A DNA stretch of 64,000 nucleotides from NCBI GenBank assembly GCA_965369865.1, contig CBDURU010000002.1, positions 3,838 to 67,837 of the forward strand, in the 5' to 3' direction. Below are positions 40,248-50,274 of the stretch, piece after piece. The notes under the pieces were generated by a model that saw only the letters and a program-made list of their open reading frames with translations, had not been told where the DNA came from and did no database searches. The position numbers and the translations under genes are program-made. How positions within the stretch are numbered: the stretch's first letter is position 1; each line of letters starts with the position of its first letter. The DNA comes from an uncultured bacterium (GTDB lineage: Bacteria; JAJVIF01; JAPKYR01).

Positions 40248-41639
40248 ATGTATACGAAAGTTGATAAAACTCATCTTGATAAGCTGCGTTCGATTGTGGG
40301 TAATGAATACGTATTAACAGAACCGGAATTCCTGGAACTTGCGTCATCGGATGAAACCGAGGACCTATGTTACCCCCCGGAGGTCGTTGTCCGCCCAAGA
40401 AAAGCACAGGAGATCGGCGAAATTATGAAACTCGCGAGCGAGGAGAAAATTCCCGTTACCCCCAGGGGTGGAGGTACAGGACTGTCCGGCGGGTGTCTTC
40501 CAGTGCGCGGCGGCATAGTAATTTACATGGACAGATTCCAGGAAATTCCTGAGATCGATGAGGAGAATCTTTTCGCGACAGTCGAAGCCGGGGTAATTAC
40601 CGAAACATTCCAGGACGAGGTTGAAAAAGTCGGACTTTTTTACCCGGTCGATCCGGCAAGCAGGGGAACATGCTTTATCGGCGGTAATATCGCGGAAAAT
40701 GCAGGTGGACCGAGAGCTGTCAAATACGGGGTTACAAAGGACTGGGTGTATGGCCTTGAGGTGGTTCTCCCAACCGGGGAAATCATCAATCCCGGCGGGA
40801 AACTACTGAAAAACGTGTCCGGATACAATCTCACCCAGCTTTTTATCGGGAGTGAAGGGACACTCGGGATTGTCACAAAGGCAACAGTCAAATTAATCGC
40901 GAAACCGAAATTCACCGCGGTGCTTCTGGCTGCATTCGACGATCCTTTCAAGGCATGCAAGGCTGTCCCGGCACTGTTTCATGCGGGGATCGTTCCTTCT
41001 GCATGCGAATTTATGGAAGGCGATGTCATGCGGATGGCTGCTGAGCATCTCGAAAAAAATATCCCCAACTCCGATGCCGCCGCGCAGTTGATGATCGAAA
41101 TCGACGGCAATGATGAGGCGCGACTGTACGAGGAGATCGAAAAAGCCGGGACGATCTGTGATGAGGGCGGTGCTATAGATGTCATCCTTGCCGAGTCGGG
41201 CCGGAGGGTGAACGAAATCTGGGACGTTCGGAGAGCCGCGGGAGAGGCTGTAAAGGCGCATTCTGTGTATAAGGAAGAAGATACTGTCGTGCCGCGCGCC
41301 AAACTCCCCGATCTGTACGTGGGCGTGAAAGAAATTTGTGAAAGGCACGGGGTTATGAGCGCATGTTACGGCCATGCCGGCGATGGTAATCTCCATGTTA
41401 ATTTGCTGAAAGATACGATGTCGGATGAAGACTGGAACAATAAACTCCCGGATACGATAACTGAGATTTTTAGATTCTGTATTTCGCTTGGAGGAACAAT
41501 TTCCGGTGAGCATGGGATCGGATATACGCAGAAATCATATTTACCAATGGCACTTTCAGAGATCGAGCTGAATCTGATGCGTGAAATCAAGAAGGTTCTG
41601 GATCCTGATGGAATCCTGAATCCGGGGAAGATTTTTTGA
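40248..41639 (+). CDS. FAD-linked oxidase (GlcD/D-lactate dehydrogenase family)
   Basis: FAD-binding PCMH domain (RGGGTGLSGG), C-terminal HAGDGNLH. Confidence 0.8.
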   Translation: MYTKVDKTHLDKLRSIVGNEYVLTEPEFLELASSDETEDLCYPPEVVVRPRKAQEIGEIMKLASEEKIPVTPRGGGTGLSGGCLPVRGGIVIYMDRFQEIPEIDEENLFATVEAGVITETFQDEVEKVGLFYPVDPASRGTCFIGGNIAENAGGPRAVKYGVTKDWVYGLEVVLPTGEIINPGGKLLKNVSGYNLTQLFIGSEGTLGIVTKATVKLIAKPKFTAVLLAAFDDPFKACKAVPALFHAGIVPSACEFMEGDVMRMAAEHLEKNIPNSDAAAQLMIEIDGNDEARLYEEIEKAGTICDEGGAIDVILAESGRRVNEIWDVRRAAGEAVKAHSVYKEEDTVVPRAKLPDLYVGVKEICERHGVMSACYGHAGDGNLHVNLLKDTMSDEDWNNKLPDTITEIFRFCISLGGTISGEHGIGYTQKSYLPMALSEIELNLMREIKKVLDPDGILNPGKIF

Positions 41640-41683
41640 TGGAGGCGTGCCACCGGAATTGGTCGATACGAAAAAACGACAAG

Positions 41684-41778
41684 CCGTAGAACAGCACGGC
41701 AGTGCGTCTTCCACATTAAAACAATCCATTCGACGCACTGCCGGTCGACGCACTGCCGTGCTGTTCTACGGTTTTTTC
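41684..41778 (+). terminator. conserved-arm hairpin (repeat family 2), bidirectional intrinsic terminator
   Basis: 25-bp perfect arms ccgtagaacagcacggcagtgcgtc / gacgcactgccgtgctgttctacgg followed by TTTTTTC; A-run upstream. Confidence 0.75.
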
Positions 41779-41982
41779 ATTTCTCATTTTAATCATCGAT
41801 CATCCTGAAATCTATTAATCAATCCGCAGGGGCTAAAAATGGTTAATACCTAGTAGGAGTTAAAAGCAACCAGAGCGGTCCGGCATCTAAAAATAGCGGG
41901 CGAATATGAACCTGACCGGTTCTGCTGTATCTATAATAGGGATTTATTTCAACCCAGCCTGGAAACATTATTCGGTCATCGG

Positions 41983-44274
41983 TTGATATTTATTGACGAT
42001 ATATTTAGAATACGCCTTTGGTATTTTATGGTTGAGCGACATTCCAATAAATCATTAAAATTAGCCCGTGCTCCCGGCGGCGATATCCATCATCCCGGAC
42101 ACGCCCAGTTTCATATCCTGAGACTCCTTACAGGCAGCATTATCGGTGGTTGGACGCTTGTCCTGGTTTTCCTCGCACTCGGGTTCATGGGAAACATAGA
42201 ATTTACCGAGAGTATGGACCTCGCAATAAACTGGGTGCTGTATGGCGGGACAATTCTGGGTATTATCCTCGGGCTTATATTTTCGATCGTGGCCGCACTC
42301 CTTACCAGGATATTTCCGATCCTGAGGAGAACAACCCATCCGCTGGCGCTGGTGCGTACCGGATTCATCCTCCTGATTGTCTGGACGTTTTTCACGTACG
42401 GATTCTGGCCGCACAGTAAGCTGGGATATATCATCGGGCCCTTTCTTGCGTTTCTCGCCGGACTTGAATGTATCCGGGTTAATCCGCGTGCGGAACTGGT
42501 TCCGCATTCGACAATCGGGCGTGTACTGGGTACCGCGATCGGGCCGTTCATTATTGTGTCCATGATTCTCCTGGTCATGGTTCCGATGTTCCAGAGAGGA
42601 TTCGGGAATTCAAATTCGCCGAAATTAATTATTGTCGCAGTGGATGGAATAGACGGAACCCTTACAGAGGAGTTCCTGGGATCAAACGAAAAAGAACGTT
42701 ATCCAAACCTGGTTGAAATGAAAGAAAATGGGGGAATCGGATCGTTGGCGGCAACATCGCCGATCATTTCTGACAGGGCATGGGCCGACCTTATGACCGG
42801 GCAGGATTGGGACGGCCACGGAATACTGGATCGCCACAGTACATCCGACGACCTTACCGCTTTAACCATGTGGGACATTCTCGCGATGAACGGTTACAGG
42901 ATCGGGTTGTTCCAGATGCTCCCTCCGCACGAGACCAGTCCTGATTTCGAGTTCGATATCCCCGCATCGGGAACAGCCGAGGAAAAGGACTCGTTAAGTT
43001 CTGAAGCGTTGACCGCTGTTAGAATAATAGGGCGGAATCCCGGGCTTGCCGGGGTCGAGGAAAGCATTCTTGCGGCATGCCAGCTTGCCAGGCTTGGGGT
43101 TACGCTTGAGACAATTACCTTAATTGCCGGGGAATACAGCCTTGAGCTCCTTACCGACCAGCATTACAGTTTTTCCTATCTTCAAAGAAAGCTCTTAGAA
43201 TTCCGGGTCGAATCGGATATCGCGATCTCCCGATTGAACAATTACCCTGTCGATGCCGCGTTTTTGAGATTCACAAGCCTGGAGGATATTTTTCTGACTT
43301 ACTGGGGATATTCAAAACCGCCGGCATTCGGACCCATCCAGGAAGGAATCGATTCCGCTGTGGTTGCCGGACTTACTAACGCAATCCCCGATGCTGTCTC
43401 CGAGCTGGACAGGCTGGTCGTACGGCTGAAACCGTTTATCGGAGACCAGACAGTCTTTGCGATACTCTCAAATCATGGAGTGCGGTCGACATCCGACATT
43501 CGCCGCCAGGAGTATTTTCTTTCACCTGAACGGTTGATCGAGATTCTGGGTCAACCCGGATCGATGATCGGCGATGTAAGTTCGAATGGGATAGTCATCA
43601 GGATCCCGGGCCTCGATACATCGACTCCTGAATTAACCGAATTTGAAACTTTACTTAACGAGACAAAATGGACTCTCGAACCTCCTGATGACCCGAACAA
43701 TTTTCTCGGTCAACGAGTTTTTTCAGTAACCCGCTATGGCGAAAGCCTTGAGATCAGCCTTCGCAATTCAGGGGGGATAAATGAAAATGTGTGGATTAAA
43801 ACCAGCATGCAATCAGCCAATTTTATCGGTCCGATCGATTCGCCGGATCCGGTTTTCGGTTGGGAGGGGCGGTTATCCGAACTCCTGGCGCCGGGCGAGC
43901 AGCCATCGGGACGAATCAACGGGTCGGCGCTCATGATGATCAACGGTCCGCAGTTTAAGGCCGGTAGTGTGGCGAGCAACCCATTCTTGTTCGATGTAAC
44001 CGCGACAATTCTTCATGCACTTGGGTTTGGAATTTCATACGATATTCTCGGTCATACCCTGGACGAATTATTCAGGCCGCAATGGCTAACAAATCATCCG
44101 GTGATTTACGTGGAAAATTACGAACCCGTTGAACCGGAGCCTGTTGAGCTGGATCAGGAATCTGTTGTAAGTGATGATCTATCGACAGTGACTGAAGACG
44201 CGGTGGAGATTTCCGCGGTCGATGATGAGCCTGTAGATATGTCGCTTTTCAGGGAATGGGAACGTATCGAGTAG
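41983..44274 (+). CDS. polytopic membrane protein with alkaline-phosphatase-superfamily (phosphodiesterase/sulfatase-like) domain
   Basis: About 6 N-terminal TMs, then IIVAVDGIDG...SPIISDRAWADLMTG resembling the AP-superfamily metal-binding N-terminus. Start uncertain. Confidence 0.45.
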   Translation: MIFIDDIFRIRLWYFMVERHSNKSLKLARAPGGDIHHPGHAQFHILRLLTGSIIGGWTLVLVFLALGFMGNIEFTESMDLAINWVLYGGTILGIILGLIFSIVAALLTRIFPILRRTTHPLALVRTGFILLIVWTFFTYGFWPHSKLGYIIGPFLAFLAGLECIRVNPRAELVPHSTIGRVLGTAIGPFIIVSMILLVMVPMFQRGFGNSNSPKLIIVAVDGIDGTLTEEFLGSNEKERYPNLVEMKENGGIGSLAATSPIISDRAWADLMTGQDWDGHGILDRHSTSDDLTALTMWDILAMNGYRIGLFQMLPPHETSPDFEFDIPASGTAEEKDSLSSEALTAVRIIGRNPGLAGVEESILAACQLARLGVTLETITLIAGEYSLELLTDQHYSFSYLQRKLLEFRVESDIAISRLNNYPVDAAFLRFTSLEDIFLTYWGYSKPPAFGPIQEGIDSAVVAGLTNAIPDAVSELDRLVVRLKPFIGDQTVFAILSNHGVRSTSDIRRQEYFLSPERLIEILGQPGSMIGDVSSNGIVIRIPGLDTSTPELTEFETLLNETKWTLEPPDDPNNFLGQRVFSVTRYGESLEISLRNSGGINENVWIKTSMQSANFIGPIDSPDPVFGWEGRLSELLAPGEQPSGRINGSALMMINGPQFKAGSVASNPFLFDVTATILHALGFGISYDILGHTLDELFRPQWLTNHPVIYVENYEPVEPEPVELDQESVVSDDLSTVTEDAVEISAVDDEPVDMSLFREWERIE

Positions 44275-44312
44275 TTAGAGTTGGAATCAGGCCATCGTCC
44301 ATAGAAAATTTG

Positions 44313-44918
44313 TTAAAGCCCAATTATAAAATATATGAAACGCATAATCGGTGCCATTATTTTCCATAAGATCCCGGTGAACATTAAAATTATCAGGACA
44401 AAAAATCCGTAACGTTTAAAATTATTCCAACCCTCAAGCATGTTCTCCGGGAGAAGACCTTCAACGATGTGGCTTCCATCCAGTGGAAATACAGGTAGAA
44501 GATTAAAAGCAGCCAGCAAAACATTTATCATTAGGAATATTTCAAGCAACCGACCTTGCGGATGGGCTATCACTTCCGGAAACAACCTCACCACAAATGC
44601 GAATACTGCAGCGAGAATGATGTTACTTACCGGTCCGGCAATTGCGACAATCATGTAGTCGCGACGGGGATGCCGCAAGTTGTATAAATTTACCGGAACC
44701 GGTTTCATCCATCCGATACCGAACCCTGAAAATGACATAATAACTAAGAAAATCAGGCCTGTGGGATCGATGTGCGGGAGTGGGTTGACGGTCATCCGTC
44801 CGGCACGCGCGGCGGTGTCATCGCCCAGTTTAAATGCCGCGTATGCATGAGCGAACTCATGAAACGATCCTGAGATCAAAAAAGCTATTACCCATAATGG
44901 AACTTCCTTGAAATCCAT
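44313..44918 (-). CDS. M50-family (site-2 protease-like) membrane metalloprotease
   Basis: HEFAHAYAA HExxH in a TM helix, LPLDGSHI second motif. Confidence 0.75.
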   Translation of the reverse strand: MDFKEVPLWVIAFLISGSFHEFAHAYAAFKLGDDTAARAGRMTVNPLPHIDPTGLIFLVIMSFSGFGIGWMKPVPVNLYNLRHPRRDYMIVAIAGPVSNIILAAVFAFVVRLFPEVIAHPQGRLLEIFLMINVLLAAFNLLPVFPLDGSHIVEGLLPENMLEGWNNFKRYGFFVLIILMFTGILWKIMAPIMRFIYFIIGL

Positions 44919-44936
44919 AAATTCATGCTCCGATAC

Positions 44937-45506
44937 TTACTGCAATAATCCCTCGCGTTTTAAGAGTTTCGCCAGTTTTTTGAAATCGAGAATGATCGAA
45001 TCGCGATATTGCGGTCGGTGAAGTGCCGCCGCCGGATGGTACATCGGGAAAAATATTACCCCGTCCTTGCGCCGTAACGGTTTTCCATGGACGTCCGAAA
45101 TTTTCAAACCCTTCTTGACCAGCCTTTCAAGCCCGAACCGTCCGAGCGGTACAATAATTTTCGGTTTTATCAGCGCGACCTGAGCGGCAAGAAATTTACT
45201 GCAGTTTTCGAGTTCTTCCGGAAGGGGATCGCGATTGTCGGGGGGACGGCATTTCAGTGTATTCGCGATAAAAACGATCGATCTCGGAATCCCCGCGTTT
45301 GACATCGCGTCGTCCATCAATTTTCCTGCCCGGCCGACAAATGGTACACCAACGCGATCCTCATCGGCTACAGGCGCCTCGCCGACAAAAAGCACCTCGG
45401 CTTCAGGTGTACCGTCGCCGAACACGGTTTTCGTTCGTGTGTCGGCAAGTTCCTTGCATCGGGTACATTTGGCAACCTCATCGCGGAGTTCTTCGAAGAC
45501 ACTCAT
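44937..45506 (-). CDS. uracil-DNA glycosylase, family 4 (Fe-S)
   Basis: CTRCKEL, VGEAPVADEDRVGVPFVGRAGKLMD, C-terminal MYHPAA. Start taken at MSVFEEL. Confidence 0.8.
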   Translation of the reverse strand: MSVFEELRDEVAKCTRCKELADTRTKTVFGDGTPEAEVLFVGEAPVADEDRVGVPFVGRAGKLMDDAMSNAGIPRSIVFIANTLKCRPPDNRDPLPEELENCSKFLAAQVALIKPKIIVPLGRFGLERLVKKGLKISDVHGKPLRRKDGVIFFPMYHPAAALHRPQYRDSIILDFKKLAKLLKREGLLQ

Positions 45507-45535
45507 GCCGGGTATTATAGCAGGGATGTATGTCC

Positions 45536-45661
45536 GGGGACACCAGATTTGGTGTCCCCATAAAAAACCGGCCAAAACCAGGGACACCAGACTTGGTGTC
45601 CCCATATAATACCAGGGACACCAATAGTTACAATACCGGGGACACCAAGTCTGGTGTCCCC
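45536..45661. promoter_or_regulatory. three copies of a 24-bp perfect palindrome GGGGACACCA-N-TGGTGTCCCC in a divergent promoter region
   Basis: Copies at 45536..45559, 45581..45603 and 45638..45661, plus a half-site at 45615. Lies between the UDG (-) and ABC ATPase (+) starts. No flanking T-run on the appropriate side, so they are not terminators. Confidence 0.6.
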
Positions 45662-45813
45662 TTAAACCGTATATTTTTCTTGCCGAAACAATTCACCACT
45701 TATATAATGATTAAATCTGATTGGCAGGCTCCTGGCTTCGAATTACATTGAAAAGTCGGCATGTAAATCGTCGAATATCGGTCCAATGAGCCTGACAGGG
45801 ACCGATTGTATTA

Positions 45814-46821
45814 ATGGCTGGAATGAGCGTACACATAAGGACAGACAAACTCACCAAGATCTATCCGAAACCCGGAGGGGGCACACTTGCCGCTGTCGAC
45901 GAGGTTTCTATGGAGATCAATTCCGGTGAGGTTTTCGCGTACGTCGGACCCAACGGCGCCGGCAAAACGACCACGATCAAGCTGCTGCTTGGACTCACAA
46001 AGCCGACATCGGGGACATTCGAAATTCTCGGTGGAGATATTTCAGAAAGGGAAATCCGGCAGAGGATCGGATTCCTGCCGGAAGACCATAACTATTTCGC
46101 ATACCTGACAATCGAAACAGTCCTTGATTTTTATGCGCGCTTGTTTGGATTAATCGGGAGAGACCGTAAAAAATCGATCGAAAAGGTCCTCGACCTTGCC
46201 GGGCTTGCTGACAGGCGGAAAACGAAAGTGAAGCATCTCTCGAAAGGTCTCCAGCAGCGTGTCGGACTCGCCCAGGCACTTATCAACGATCCCGATCTTC
46301 TGCTTCTCGATGAACCGGCCAGCGGACTCGATCCGCTCGGGCAGGCGGACCTCCGGAAATTAATCCTGAGCCTTAAGGAAATGGGCAAGACTATTTTTCT
46401 GAACACTCACGACCTTTCCGATGTCGAAAAAATTGCTGACCGGGTTGGGATTCTCGACAATGGAGAGCTGGTCGCGGTTAACCGGGTCGCGGATATCTGC
46501 GGGGCGAAAGAAGGCGTTATTGTCAAGGTTGAGCCGATCCGGGACGAGGAGCATCTCGATCCGATACGAGAGGTGGCATCGAAAATCGATACGCGTGATG
46601 GGTTTACATTTATTGAACTCGATGATGAAGGGAAGGTCGTGCAGCTCATCCCGTTATTGAAAAAAGCTCAATCGAAACTGATTTCAGTCGAGCAGCAAAG
46701 GGTACATCTTGAGGATTATTTCAAGGGAGCGGTGAAAAGCAGAGGTGATAGCTGGGTAGGCCCGCTGCCTGATTTAGATAACGATAGGTCCGGGGGGGGA
46801 GTAACCGGTCAGATGGAATAG
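45814..46821 (+). CDS. ABC transporter ATP-binding protein
   Basis: GPNGAGKTT, LSKGLQQRVGLA, LLLLDEPASGLD. Confidence 0.85.
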   Translation: MAGMSVHIRTDKLTKIYPKPGGGTLAAVDEVSMEINSGEVFAYVGPNGAGKTTTIKLLLGLTKPTSGTFEILGGDISEREIRQRIGFLPEDHNYFAYLTIETVLDFYARLFGLIGRDRKKSIEKVLDLAGLADRRKTKVKHLSKGLQQRVGLAQALINDPDLLLLDEPASGLDPLGQADLRKLILSLKEMGKTIFLNTHDLSDVEKIADRVGILDNGELVAVNRVADICGAKEGVIVKVEPIRDEEHLDPIREVASKIDTRDGFTFIELDDEGKVVQLIPLLKKAQSKLISVEQQRVHLEDYFKGAVKSRGDSWVGPLPDLDNDRSGGGVTGQME

Positions 46822-46824
46822 ACG

Positions 46825-47988
46825 ATGGAAAATTTCATAAGAGAAATTCAGGATTTCTGGCGTTCGAGTATGGCCCCGCACTGGCCCATAATAGTGCCTG
46901 CGCTTTTGGCTGTCATGGCAATTCTCTGGTTACTCATCATCTACAACCGCAAAAAATTCCGATTCCTCCCTGCCCTTGCGATCGCACGTGTCACGGTTCT
47001 TGATTCCATCGGACGCATGGAGGTTATTATCCTGCTGGCGATCGGAATCATGCTGGTCGGAGTGAACGGGATTATCCCAAACACCCTTGAGGGAAATAAT
47101 ATCCTGAATACATGGATGGATCAGCCGTACTTCCAGGACAAACTTAATGAACTTTCAGGGGGATCAAGTTTCACCATTGAAGAAGACTTCCGCCCGTTAA
47201 ACACACCTGAAGATGATGTTCCGGAAACGGTGGATATCAGTACTGCAGGGGAAGAGCCGGTAATAATCGTTGATGATCCCAGGAGAGACATCATGTCAAG
47301 GGCAGAGGAACTCAGGCGTGAAACCCAGCAGAACACGCTCCAGGCCCTGATATGGCAGGGAGCGTTTCTTGTCGCGGACGTCTTTGTGGCGCTTATCGGT
47401 TTTGTGCTCGCGATGATGGTGTTACCGGGAGAGATCAACCGGGGTGTGATTTTATCTATTCTCCCGAAACCACTCTCCCGCGAGGAATATATTTTTGGCA
47501 AGGCACTGGGAATATGGATCATAGTGTCCGGGTGCTACCTTATTCTCGCAATTGAACTGTTCGGCATACGTGCCATATTCGATTTCATAAACGGCACTAA
47601 CTCGCTTGACTTCAGGATATTAATGGCGTTGTTCCTGTTCCCGATGAAATACGCCACACTGGTTTTAATTGTCATGGGACTTACATTACGAATGCCCGAG
47701 GTTCCAGCAGGGATCGTAGGCGCCGCGCTTTTCGCTACCGGGCACTTCGCCGACCGGATTTACGATATCGCGACCACCCCTGACATCAATGCCCTAGTCG
47801 GATACGGGCTGAAATTTTCGTACTGGATTCTGCCGCACCTGTCACCGGCAACATTCAGCATCCTGGACCGCGATGCGTCGCTGATTAGTACACAGGCCGA
47901 ATTATGGGGCTGGATCTGGCAGATAACGATCTACAACATTCTCCTGCTGAAACTCCTTTCATGGCTGTTTAAACGCCGCTCATTGTAG
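46825..47988 (+). CDS. ABC-2-type permease with large extracytoplasmic loop
   Basis: N-terminal TM, roughly 130-aa loop, C-terminal 5 TMs. Immediately follows the ATPase. Confidence 0.55.
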   Translation: MENFIREIQDFWRSSMAPHWPIIVPALLAVMAILWLLIIYNRKKFRFLPALAIARVTVLDSIGRMEVIILLAIGIMLVGVNGIIPNTLEGNNILNTWMDQPYFQDKLNELSGGSSFTIEEDFRPLNTPEDDVPETVDISTAGEEPVIIVDDPRRDIMSRAEELRRETQQNTLQALIWQGAFLVADVFVALIGFVLAMMVLPGEINRGVILSILPKPLSREEYIFGKALGIWIIVSGCYLILAIELFGIRAIFDFINGTNSLDFRILMALFLFPMKYATLVLIVMGLTLRMPEVPAGIVGAALFATGHFADRIYDIATTPDINALVGYGLKFSYWILPHLSPATFSILDRDASLISTQAELWGWIWQITIYNILLLKLLSWLFKRRSL

Positions 47989-48050
47989 GAAATAAAATTT
48001 AAATTGAAATCCAACCGCTGGAAGGAGTCGGCATGTATTTATTTTAGTCC

Positions 48051-48224
48051 AGACGCTTTGAATTCATGGGGACGCTTTTCCATGCTTCCAGCATTGAAAG
48101 TGTCCCCATGAATTCTTAGTAACACGGGACACCTTCAACTCTGGAAGAGTGGAAAGGCGTCCCTGAATCTAAGATTGGGGCGTCACTGAATATAAGATTG
48201 GGGCGTCACTGAATCTAAGATTGG
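48051..48224 (+). mobile_element. MITE-like nested-palindrome element, copy 2 (extended by two 23-bp tandem tail units)
   Basis: Same sequence as 10756..10883 with a few substitutions. 3' tail ggcgtccctgaatctaagattgg is triplicated. Confidence 0.8.
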
Positions 48225-48226
48225 TC

Positions 48227-49183
48227 TTATTCCAGTCCGGCGGCGTTTGACATCTCCGGTTTATAATATCCCTGGCGCCGTACTTTCGCGAACGCGTTAA
48301 TTCCGAAATATGAAGTAATCAGGCACGACCAGTAGATGATTAATATCCCGATAGCGGCAGTTGAAATGTAGATGATAAATTCTTCCCTGAAATTAAGCCC
48401 ATAACTCCTGAAAACTGACCAAGTCATATATTCATGATACATTGACATCGCTACACCGCTGATTATCGCTAAAATAAGTGCGTGCAGGAGAGTGGCCATG
48501 ATAGCTCCGAAGATATTGTGAGTAATCGCGTATGCCCCTGAAACAAGCGATATCACAAGCATCATGAGGACCAGGGCAAGGATCATATAAATCAGAGTAA
48601 TGATTGTGATGCCGATTATCGGAAGCATCTGCTCGATCTCAAATGTCGGTACCCATAACATGCCGACAAGCCAAAGAGAAAGGAACAGTGGTAATGCTAA
48701 TCCGATGAACAGGTAAAGCAATGACTGGATCACCTCTAATCCCCGCACGAAATTTGGGAGTGTCTCCGCGAAAAATAGGCTACCGTCTGAAAGGGGGGTT
48801 GTAAGGATTGAGCTTAGATTATCCTTCCCGATATCCTGCTGGACTTCCCGCGGGGTGGTGACAAGGCAGAAAATGAACATCCGGAAAAACGTAATGCCGT
48901 ACAAAATTACCAATGGCGATGCAATAAGTAAGCAGGCTGCGATTGATGCGAGTTCATCATGATCGTAAGCGGTTACAATCAGCATAATTACAGAGATGAT
49001 AGCCGACCAGATCAACCCGGCCCTGAACGCAAGTTTTGGATTTATTAAATTTTTTACCCGACTGTTACGGTAATTTCTCTGGAATACGGGATTGAACCAT
49101 AAGCGCTTCAGGAACGGGATTCTGGCGATCCAGAACGGGATGTTTTTAACGGTAGAAAGGCCGAATTCATTGATCGGATCCAT
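48227..49183 (-). CDS. polytopic membrane protein (possible ABC-2-like permease), paralog A
   Basis: About 6 TMs. N-terminal FQRNYR motif and C-terminal NAAGL shared with ORF 49274..50239. Confidence 0.45.
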   Translation of the reverse strand: MDPINEFGLSTVKNIPFWIARIPFLKRLWFNPVFQRNYRNSRVKNLINPKLAFRAGLIWSAIISVIMLIVTAYDHDELASIAACLLIASPLVILYGITFFRMFIFCLVTTPREVQQDIGKDNLSSILTTPLSDGSLFFAETLPNFVRGLEVIQSLLYLFIGLALPLFLSLWLVGMLWVPTFEIEQMLPIIGITIITLIYMILALVLMMLVISLVSGAYAITHNIFGAIMATLLHALILAIISGVAMSMYHEYMTWSVFRSYGLNFREEFIIYISTAAIGILIIYWSCLITSYFGINAFAKVRRQGYYKPEMSNAAGLE

Positions 49184-49273
49184 GTTATCAAGTCCGACAG
49201 CAATAAACGTAAGCTATCATAATTAGGATTCAACGTGTGATTTACGGGTTCATACAGCAATCATCCAAATTTT

Positions 49274-50239
49274 TCAAACGCTTTTTCCAAACGATGACCT
49301 GGTTCTCTCTTCCCTCGACAACAATCCTGCCGCGTTGACTCGCTCGTGACCATACCAGCCCGGACGCCTGGCTTTCGCGAATGCAATCACGCCAATGTAG
49401 CCTGTTACCGCGCACGCGACGGTAAGCGATGCTATTAAGAATGTCCCGATGCCGAGGTAGATCGCAAGGATATCCAGGTTCCTGACCGGATCGAATCGCA
49501 TCGTGAATTCCGCAATCCACAACGCAATCAGTGAGAAAGCACTGAACCATAAACCGGTATTGATCAGCGTCGCGGGCACTGTGGCAACTACAGGTAACTG
49601 TATCGCCATAAGTCCCGCAGAAAGAGAGGCAAGCAGGAGTACCTGGATCAGAATGATGATTGCAATCAACAGGAGCACAAACCACCAGAATGACGCGGGC
49701 CCTTCCGCTTTTACATACGGCCACAACTGAGTGCTCATAAGGGCGATAAATGGAATCACCAGCCCGATGAGCATTGAGATAACCTCTTCCATCGCGCCGA
49801 ATCCCCGCATCAGCCCGGATATACATTCCGCGAAAAAGACTTTTTCATCGGACATCGGGGTGGTAAGTACCGCGCCAAGCATCCCGGAAAAAAGTTCCCT
49901 GCGCATTTCGAGGGGAGTACCGACAAGAGACGATATGAAGATCCTGATCGAAGTGACCGTGATGATTACGATCCCCGGGGCAGCTACGGTAACCCAAAAT
50001 CCAATTTCAAGAGCGAGTTCTTTTTCGGTGACGAGGAGTAAGAAAAGATTAATGATGAATGAGACGCCAAGTCCGATCATGAAGGATTTTTTTGGCCCGA
50101 ACATGGGCTTCAATCGCCACATGACATAGCGTCGCTGGAAGATCGGATTTCCCCAGAACTCCAGGAGCGGTCCGAACACCTCAACCCATGGAGGGGGTGG
50201 ATCGGCCCAGGTGAGATCGAATTCATCGTCGTGGATCAT
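49274..50239 (-). CDS. polytopic membrane protein, paralog B
   Basis: Same architecture and motifs (PIFQRRY..., ...AFAKARRPGWY...NAAGL). Confidence 0.45.
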   Translation of the reverse strand: MIHDDEFDLTWADPPPPWVEVFGPLLEFWGNPIFQRRYVMWRLKPMFGPKKSFMIGLGVSFIINLFLLLVTEKELALEIGFWVTVAAPGIVIITVTSIRIFISSLVGTPLEMRRELFSGMLGAVLTTPMSDEKVFFAECISGLMRGFGAMEEVISMLIGLVIPFIALMSTQLWPYVKAEGPASFWWFVLLLIAIIILIQVLLLASLSAGLMAIQLPVVATVPATLINTGLWFSAFSLIALWIAEFTMRFDPVRNLDILAIYLGIGTFLIASLTVACAVTGYIGVIAFAKARRPGWYGHERVNAAGLLSREERTRSSFGKSV

Positions 50240-50274
50240 AGCGGTTGTTTATTTTCCCTGCACATTATAAGGAA

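Noticed and set aside
49242-49826. 194-aa ORF on the - strand
   Set aside because: It overlaps the membrane-protein gene 49274..50239 in another frame, has Cys/His/Arg-rich aberrant composition, and there is no room for two genes.
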